Source: a virus. From it: DNA of 5,946 nt. The translations under genes and the position numbers were made by a program. Where the stretch lies: IMG/VR virus record IMGVR_UViG_3300020030_000139, positions 1 to 5,946 of that record; one strand, given 5' to 3'. Of this stretch, positions 1-4,665 are shown piece by piece. The notes below the pieces were generated by a model. The model was not told where the DNA came from, did no database searches, and saw only the letters and a program-made list of their open reading frames with translations. Each line of letters opens with the position of its first letter. Position 1 is the stretch's first letter.

Positions 1-100
1 TGCGCCCTCCGATTTCGTTCAGACGACCTCTCATTCGGACAGATACGGAGAATTCATTGGAGGTACTTCAGTGCGAAGGAGTTATATTCCTCGTAGGTAA
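1..100 (+). CDS. VP2: 3' fragment of VP2 (duplicate of 5826-5925), partial at the window start
   Basis: Same sequence and reading frame as the end of the 4666-5925 ORF (...SYIPRR, TAA at 98-100). It is not an independent gene. Confidence 0.8.
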   Translation, partial: APSDFVQTTSHSDRYGEFIGGTSVRRSYIPRR

Positions 101-121
101 AAATTTTCAAAAGACTTGCAA
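1..121. repeat. Terminal redundancy, copy A (wrap-around of a circular genome)
   Basis: I compared 1-121 with 5826-5946 base by base and they are identical. It contains the last 100 nt of the VP2 ORF and 21 nt of the downstream intergenic region. Confidence 0.97.
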
Positions 122-192
122 AATATTTGGAATGTTCGAAACTTTTTTCCATCTTCGTTGTACCAAAATGTTCAACGTAAAAACCATTTATT

Positions 193-531
193 ATGAAAAC
201 TTCAAAAACTGATCCTTTCGTGGACTTTCAGATCGTTTTGAGAATTATTCCGGAGACGGCTGCTTATTCGGTTACTGTAGGCGAGATACAGGATGGTCAG
301 TTTGTTCCAACCGATCGTCGTCCGGAGTCCTGTTCTTGTGATTGGGAAGAGGTCAAAGAAAATCCGCTCGCTCCCGGCCAACGCTATGTAGCTGCCGCCG
401 ATCTTTACACGCTTCTCTTTGATATCATGGCGCATTTTGATAATGTCATTCTTTATCCCAACATGCTAGTTTTCACCACAAAAGATTATCCAGTAATTTA
501 TGAAGCAGCGCAGAAAAAAGACGAAGAATAA
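193..531 (+). CDS. Hypothetical protein, 112 aa, acidic; possible scaffolding-type protein (speculative)
   Basis: ATG-initiated ORF on the strand used by all core genes. It fills the gap between VP2 and the next ORF and has an A/T-rich, SD-less leader like the other genes. I count about 19 D/E versus about 10 K/R, and the C-terminus is KKDEE. I recognise no motif. Confidence 0.55.
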   Translation: MKTSKTDPFVDFQIVLRIIPETAAYSVTVGEIQDGQFVPTDRRPESCSCDWEEVKENPLAPGQRYVAAADLYTLLFDIMAHFDNVILYPNMLVFTTKDYPVIYEAAQKKDEE

Positions 532-592
532 CGGAAGTCGTCGCGTTGTTCGGCCCCTTTTGGGCAAGGTTCTTTAAAATGGTTGACGACTG

Positions 593-641
593 GGAGGAGA
601 GAGAGGCATCGCTAAATTGCTAGACCTTTCCTCCTTTTTTT
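593..641 (+). terminator. Candidate intrinsic terminator or ssDNA hairpin: polypurine arm, polypyrimidine arm, T7 run
   Basis: GGAGGAGAG (593-601) pairs with CTTTCCTCC (626-634). That gives 9 bp including one G.U/G.T pair, a 24-nt loop with a possible short inner helix (606-608/618-620), and seven T's immediately after (635-641). It lies between ORF 193-531 and ORF 654-875. Confidence 0.35.
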
Positions 642-653
642 AAATGAAACCTC

Positions 654-875
654 ATGAACTGCATTAATTTGATAATCAACAACAAGCCCGTTCAGCTCAT
701 CATTCACGACGACGGACATGAAGGACCTTCTTTTGACGTGATGGCGGTTGTTGGTCGAGGAAAAACTGTTCGGTTCGGTCGTTTCAAGCAGCTTGGTCAC
801 GCCCAGCTGTATTGCGAAAAATATGCCCTGTACTACCGGCATGTGAAATTTTTCATCTCAAAATCTTTCCTCTGA
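654..875 (+). CDS. Hypothetical small basic protein, 73 aa, stop codon overlapping the VP4 start
   Basis: ATG at 654. The TGA at 873-875 overlaps the VP4 ATG at 875-877 (TGATG), an arrangement typical of translationally coupled real genes. Net positive charge: about 10 K/R versus 5 D/E. No recognisable motif. Confidence 0.5.
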   Translation: MNCINLIINNKPVQLIIHDDGHEGPSFDVMAVVGRGKTVRFGRFKQLGHAQLYCEKYALYYRHVKFFISKSFL

Positions 876-1933
876 TGTGTACGTCTCCGATTTGGATTGC
901 CAACCGTCGATATACTAGGAAGGATCACGATATCTCACTTCCAATGAGTAACTTGGCTCAAAATCCGTGGGATGTTGCCCGATTCCGCCTGCTCGTTCCA
1001 TGTGGCCAATGCGAGGAATGCCTCAAGGCTCTTCGCAATGACTGGTACGTTCGGCTCCGTCAAGAACTGTCACGTTGTCGCCAGCAGCATGCCGAGGCGT
1101 GGTTCGTCACGATCACGATTCATCCACGTTACTATGATCGGGCGCTCAACGATCCGACATGGTTCATGCGTAAGTGGTTTGAGCGAGTCCGTCACGTCAC
1201 TGGCCGATCCGTTAAGCATGCCTTCTTTCAAGAATTCGGTACCCATGCTCAAACCGGCACTGAACCTCGTCTCCACTTTCACGGCTTCCTTTTCGATCCA
1301 AGAATGCGTTACAATACATTACGCCGGATCGTTTCGAAATTTGGCTTCGTTTGGCTTTGTCAAGCAACACCTAAACGGGCCCGTTATTGTGTTAAATATG
1401 TTGTAAAAACCTTAAATACAGATGGTTATGACATTTCTGACAAACTTCGTCTTAAGCTTTCCGACCGTCGCTATACTCGAAAATTCGTCAGCGCCGGTGT
1501 TGGTGATTTTCTCGGTGCTCAGCCTCGTCCTTCTTTTTCTATTTTATCATGGACTTTTGATGCTGATCGGAAGGCTGGCGGTTATCAGTATAGGATTCCT
1601 CGTTACTACGACAGATATCTACAACAGGTTGAAAAAGAACAAAAAGCGATTCTTTCTGCTTGTAGTTATGCACTTTATTTCGGCGACGATTTGGTGCGAA
1701 ATTTTCTTGCTCAGCTTGCTAAAAGGTATGCCCTCGATCCATCATCCTTATCCTTTAACAAAGGTTCGTTTTCACGAATGATGACCTATTTAAAATACTC
1801 TACATCAAAGAAGTATATGGGTCGACCCTTCATTGTGTTGGATTTCAAGCAGGTCATTCCGGTGTGGAAGCAGGCATTCGGCCTCGAGCCTCCGGAAGAC
1901 GTAATTTTCAATAAATCACTTGTTTATGGCTAA
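875..1933 (+). CDS. VP4: Rolling-circle replication initiator protein (Microviridae VP4 / phiX174 gene A family), 352 aa from ATG 875
   Basis: The track ORF starts at a TTG (812); the first ATG at 875 gives the N-terminus MCTSPIW, typical of the family. It carries a cysteine cluster PCGQCEEC, FVTITI (RCR motif 1-like) and HFHGFLF (HUH motif, nt 1274-1294). It also has RYCVKYVVK with two Tyr codons at 1385 and 1397, comparable to the phiX174 A protein YVAKYVNK active-site pair. Confidence 0.9.
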   Translation: MCTSPIWIANRRYTRKDHDISLPMSNLAQNPWDVARFRLLVPCGQCEECLKALRNDWYVRLRQELSRCRQQHAEAWFVTITIHPRYYDRALNDPTWFMRKWFERVRHVTGRSVKHAFFQEFGTHAQTGTEPRLHFHGFLFDPRMRYNTLRRIVSKFGFVWLCQATPKRARYCVKYVVKTLNTDGYDISDKLRLKLSDRRYTRKFVSAGVGDFLGAQPRPSFSILSWTFDADRKAGGYQYRIPRYYDRYLQQVEKEQKAILSACSYALYFGDDLVRNFLAQLAKRYALDPSSLSFNKGSFSRMMTYLKYSTSKKYMGRPFIVLDFKQVIPVWKQAFGLEPPEDVIFNKSLVYG

Positions 1934-3755
1934 GCAACCTTACATTTCCCATTCCGTGAATGGATATTCGCGGTATGATTTGCCTGAATCTAAGGCATTT
2001 ACGTGTACTCCCGGCATTCTCTACCCGGTCCGGATTGATTTTATCAACGCCCGTGATCGTGTAAAGATTGCCCAAGGTATTGATGTTCGTAGTAATCCAT
2101 TGTCCGTCCCGACGTTCAATCCTTACACAGTCCGCCTTCATCGCTTTTGGGTGCCTCTTCAGCTTTACCACCCCGAGTTGCGTACGAATAGTTCGGATTT
2201 CGACATGAACAATCTGTCGCTTAATTTCTTGCGAACGTATGTCAATCATTCCGGTTCTAACGCTTTCTATAAAGGTGAGCCCTTCTCCAACTCGCTTGCG
2301 GCTTGGTTGCGGGTTGTTCAGCGATCACCACTTACCCACGCCACGACTGTCCCTTCACATATTCAGTCTGATGCTCTTGTCGGTACAGCTTGGGTGAATG
2401 CCGACTCTTATTTGGCGTATTGGGACATTGTTCGAAATTATTATAGTTTTAGTCAATATCCTATCTACTCTTTTGCATGGCCAATGTCGTGGGCTGCTAC
2501 TTACGATCGAGATAAGAAGAGTTACGCCCTTGTGCATTCCGGCCGCACTTCTTATTTCACCCAGCGTTACGGCGATCTGTCTTACTTGGATAGGTTTTTC
2601 GAAACGCAGTTCTACCCCGGTGCTTTTCCTGATGGTAGTATGTCGGAGAGCGGCTTCAACAGGATGGGTCTTTTGGTCAGCATTATCAATTCTGACATAA
2701 CTTCGGATCCTACATTAGCGCCATCACCTTCTGATATCGTGCAGAATCTGCCCAACACTCCGCTATACGTCAAAGGCGTTAATACAGATCATCCTGCTGA
2801 CAAGTATAGTGTGGCCACGGCAACCGGCCCCATCTCTCTTGTTGACCTCTTCATTCAAGCCCATCCGTTGGCTGTCTGTCCGGCATCTCCTGACCGACTT
2901 TCTCGCCTTCTCCCGGGTAATATGATGTCCGACGCTGTGTCAATGTCTGGCATCACTAGTATTCCGCAGTTGGCAGTTGCCGCGCGGTTGCAGGAGTACA
3001 AAGATCTTCTTGGTGCTGGTGGTTCTCGGTACAGTGACTGGCTGGAGACTTTCTTTGCTTCGCGAATTGAGCATGTCGACCGTCCGAAGCTTCTTTTCTC
3101 AGCTTCTCAGACTGTTAATGCTCAAATTGTCATGTCGACCGTCGCAGGTGGAGGACCTTCGGCCGGTATTTCGTCGTTCCTTGGCCAGCAGGGTGGCTCT
3201 ATCGCCTTCAATACGCAGCTCGGACGCGCCCAGAGTTACTATTTTCGCGAGCCCGGTTATCTGATCGATATGTTCAGCCTCCGTCCTGTATATTACTGGC
3301 AAAATATCAAGCCGGATTACCTGCGTTATCAGGGTGCCGATTACTTCAATCCGATTTACAACGATATTGGTTATCAGGAAGTTCCCTTCACTATGTTCTC
3401 CAATCTGTTGGATCCCGATTCGAGTACCACAAGTCGCGACATCACGCTCTATCGTGAGCCCTGCTTCAATGAGTTCCGCGCTTCGTACGATGAGGCTCTC
3501 GGAGATTTCGGATCGCTATCTTCGTTCGCTTCAACGACTCAGAAGTGGATTCAGTCTCGATCTATTTCCTCAGTCGCTCCTGTCAATAGGAATGGTGTTT
3601 ACAGTAATTATTCGACGCTTTTTGTAGATATGTCCACCGTTAATGCCCCGTTCTCTTCGACTAGCGAGGATAACTTCTTCGTAAACCTCTCGTATTCAGT
3701 GCAAAAGAAGAATCTCGTTAATAAATCATTTGCCACTCGGCTTTCAAATCGTTAA
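1926..3755 (+). CDS. VP1: Major capsid protein (Microviridae VP1 / F family), 609 aa from ATG 1926
   Basis: This is the largest ORF. The track start at 1920 is a TTG; the ATG at 1926 overlaps the VP4 end by 8 nt. The N-terminal region has a ...TPGILYPV... segment followed by VRLHRFWVPLQLY, matching my recollection of the conserved FFVP.R-type block of microvirus capsid proteins. Its size and position next to the replication gene fit. Confidence 0.88.
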   Translation: MAKQPYISHSVNGYSRYDLPESKAFTCTPGILYPVRIDFINARDRVKIAQGIDVRSNPLSVPTFNPYTVRLHRFWVPLQLYHPELRTNSSDFDMNNLSLNFLRTYVNHSGSNAFYKGEPFSNSLAAWLRVVQRSPLTHATTVPSHIQSDALVGTAWVNADSYLAYWDIVRNYYSFSQYPIYSFAWPMSWAATYDRDKKSYALVHSGRTSYFTQRYGDLSYLDRFFETQFYPGAFPDGSMSESGFNRMGLLVSIINSDITSDPTLAPSPSDIVQNLPNTPLYVKGVNTDHPADKYSVATATGPISLVDLFIQAHPLAVCPASPDRLSRLLPGNMMSDAVSMSGITSIPQLAVAARLQEYKDLLGAGGSRYSDWLETFFASRIEHVDRPKLLFSASQTVNAQIVMSTVAGGGPSAGISSFLGQQGGSIAFNTQLGRAQSYYFREPGYLIDMFSLRPVYYWQNIKPDYLRYQGADYFNPIYNDIGYQEVPFTMFSNLLDPDSSTTSRDITLYREPCFNEFRASYDEALGDFGSLSSFASTTQKWIQSRSISSVAPVNRNGVYSNYSTLFVDMSTVNAPFSSTSEDNFFVNLSYSVQKKNLVNKSFATRLSNR

Positions 3756-3757
3756 TC

Positions 3758-4081
3758 ATGGCACATTTGAATTTCACAGAACCCTCGCCCGAGTATGTAT
3801 CTCGCGGTGTTAGAATACTTTCCGTCCTCAATGGTGAAGGTGTCGTCGACCTCCTTCCCGGCACGCCCGATGTTTTTTTCGATAAATTGAGTCAGTCAGC
3901 GATGGACAAGTTCGATCCGGATATCGATTTTGATCCCAATGCGTACTCACGCATGGACAAGTTCGATGCCCTCGAGGTCGGCCAAGAACTGGTCGATTCG
4001 GCTCTCGATTCTCGTCCGTCTGAAAAGGCGTCTTCGCAGAAGACTGGCACCTCTGCCGAAGGCTCCATCGACCAGCCGTAG
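3758..4081 (+). CDS. Hypothetical acidic protein, 107 aa, with a duplicated MDKFD motif; possible scaffolding protein (speculative)
   Basis: The ATG lies 2 nt after the VP1 stop, in the same orientation. I count about 20 D/E versus 9 K/R. It has an exact 15-nt in-frame internal repeat (3902-3916 and 3953-3967). Confidence 0.6.
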   Translation: MAHLNFTEPSPEYVSRGVRILSVLNGEGVVDLLPGTPDVFFDKLSQSAMDKFDPDIDFDPNAYSRMDKFDALEVGQELVDSALDSRPSEKASSQKTGTSAEGSIDQP

Positions 4082-4085
4082 CACA

Positions 4086-4125
4086 GTGAAGGCTGGTATA
4101 GGCCGGCCGTGAGGCTGATAGGCCG
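4086..4125. repeat. Imperfect tandem direct repeat GTGA(A)GGCTG(GT)ATAGGCCG x2 embedding a GGCCGGCC palindrome
   Basis: 4086-4105 gtgaaggctggtataggccg and 4109-4125 gtgaggctgataggccg share 17 aligned identical positions, with 3 nt of indels, and are separated by only gcc. The GGCCGGCC palindrome is at 4101-4108. CGGCC (4104-4108) can pair with GGCCG (4121-4125). Confidence 0.7.
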
Positions 4126-4145
4126 TACAAAAACCTCTATAAAAA

Positions 4146-4174
4146 GAAGGATTGGGGCTTGTCCCCTTTCCTTC
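4146..4174 (+). other. Stable stem-loop in the large intergenic region
   Basis: GAAGGA (4146-4151) pairs with TCCTTC (4169-4174), and GGGG (4154-4157) pairs with CCCC (4163-4166). The two helices are separated by a symmetric TT/TT internal loop, and the terminal loop is 5 nt (cttgt). That is 10 bp in total, 7 of them G:C. Confidence 0.6.
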
Positions 4175-4261
4175 CCTTATAATCCCAAAAACAGCCATGA
4201 GAAGATTGATCCGTTTCTTGTTGATATTCAGCGTTTTGAATAGCGACGACATTTTCTGAAG

Positions 4262-4301
4262 AAAGAGCCCGAAGGGCCTTTACTTGACATTATATGATAT
4301 G
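4262..4301 (+). promoter_or_regulatory. Small GC hairpin followed by ACTTGACATTA: candidate plus-strand origin nick region (alternatively a promoter element)
   Basis: GCCC (4267-4270) / GGGC (4274-4277) form a hairpin with a GAA loop, flanked by A-run and T-run. ACTTGACATTA at 4282-4292 then matches 10 of 11 positions of the phiX174 origin core ACTTGATATTA and is followed by an A/T-rich tract. The region is non-coding. Confidence 0.3.
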
Positions 4302-4411
4302 TGCGCGGCCCCTCTTCTGAGAGTTCGTGAATCGGATGAGGAAAAAGGCAGTGAATGCATGAACGGCGCGCAATCTTTCTATCGTTCTTTTCTCACTTAA
4401 ACATTAAAGTT

Positions 4412-4663
4412 ATGGCAACGCAGGAAAAATTAACTAAAAATTCTTTTGACAAGGTCACTGATCAAATTGGTAAGGATCCGAGGATGAATAAAGGCCGAGC
4501 AGTTGTATGGATCTTCTTGATCATCGCAATTGCGGTCGTTACCATTTTTGCCAGTTGTTCAACATCTCACCGAGTCTCTCAGTCCGCTTCGACCTTTAAG
4601 TCAGGCGATACGCTCACCACCACCATCATTTACCAGCAGACTGGAAACTTTAAAAGAAAATAG
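4412..4663 (+). CDS. Small membrane-anchored or lipoprotein-like protein, 83 aa from ATG 4412 (alternative starts 4355 = 102 aa, 4484 = 59 aa)
   Basis: The ORF ends 2 nt before the VP2 ATG. It has one strongly hydrophobic segment, AVVWIFLIIAIAVVTIFAS (nt 4499-4555), preceded by basic residues (MNKGR) and followed by Cys (4556-4558). This gives a lipobox-like FASC and then a short polar S/T-rich tail ending in KRK. The leader before 4412 is A/T-rich and SD-less like the other genes. ATG 4484 is preceded by AAGGA...GAGG. Confidence 0.55.
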   Translation: MATQEKLTKNSFDKVTDQIGKDPRMNKGRAVVWIFLIIAIAVVTIFASCSTSHRVSQSASTFKSGDTLTTTIIYQQTGNFKRK

Positions 4664-4665
4664 TC

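Noticed and set aside
1-121. The 121-nt direct repeats as attL/attR, LTRs or a biologically real terminal repeat
   Set aside because: The repeats bound exactly one genome unit with no flanking sequence. They cut through the VP2 coding region, so only the concatenated circle gives an intact gene. Microvirus genomes are covalently closed circles, so wrap-around is the simplest explanation.
131-175. AATGTTC(G/A)A repeated at 131-139 and 167-175 in the VP2-ORF112 intergenic region, and possible Bacteroides-type TAnnTTTG promoter near 122-130
   Set aside because: The repeat is only 7-8 matching nt, which is at chance level. AATATTTGG does not fit TAnnTTTG spacing. I could not find a convincing promoter consensus of either type by eye.
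592-606. Polypurine GGGAGGAGAGAGAGG as a strong Shine-Dalgarno sequence
   Set aside because: No start codon follows within a usable distance; the next ATG in an open frame is at 654. The run is better explained as the 5' arm of the hairpin paired with CCTTTCCTCC.
812-874. Upstream TTG start (812) for the replication protein, as given by the ORF track
   Set aside because: It would add 21 residues (MRKICPVLPACEIFHLKIFPL) that overlap the 654-875 ORF. ATG 875 yields the family-typical MCxSP N-terminus and sits in a TGATG stop/start overlap. Likewise the TTG at 1920 for VP1 is rejected in favour of ATG 1926.
1910-3731. AATAAATCA(C/T)TTG occurring near the 3' ends of both VP4 (1910-1922) and VP1 (3719-3731)
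   Set aside because: A 13-mer with one mismatch is expected several times by chance among all position pairs in 5.8 kb. Both copies are in coding sequence (NKS), and there is no associated structure.
4284-4312. Perfect TTGACA (4284-4289) as a sigma-70 -35 box
   Set aside because: There is no acceptable -10 hexamer 16-18 nt downstream; the region 4306-4313 is cggcccct. The nearby TATATG/TATGAT elements are only 1-3 nt away. The inferred host type would not use TTGACA/TATAAT promoters anyway. The same bases are better explained as part of the origin-like motif.
4338-4411. GAGGAAAAAGG (4338-4348) upstream of ATG 4355 as a ribosome-binding site, extending the small membrane ORF to 102 aa
   Set aside because: It is not excluded, but no other gene in this genome uses an SD. 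The added 19 residues (MHERRAIFLSFFSHLNIKV) have no clear role. It is kept as an alternative start rather than the primary call.
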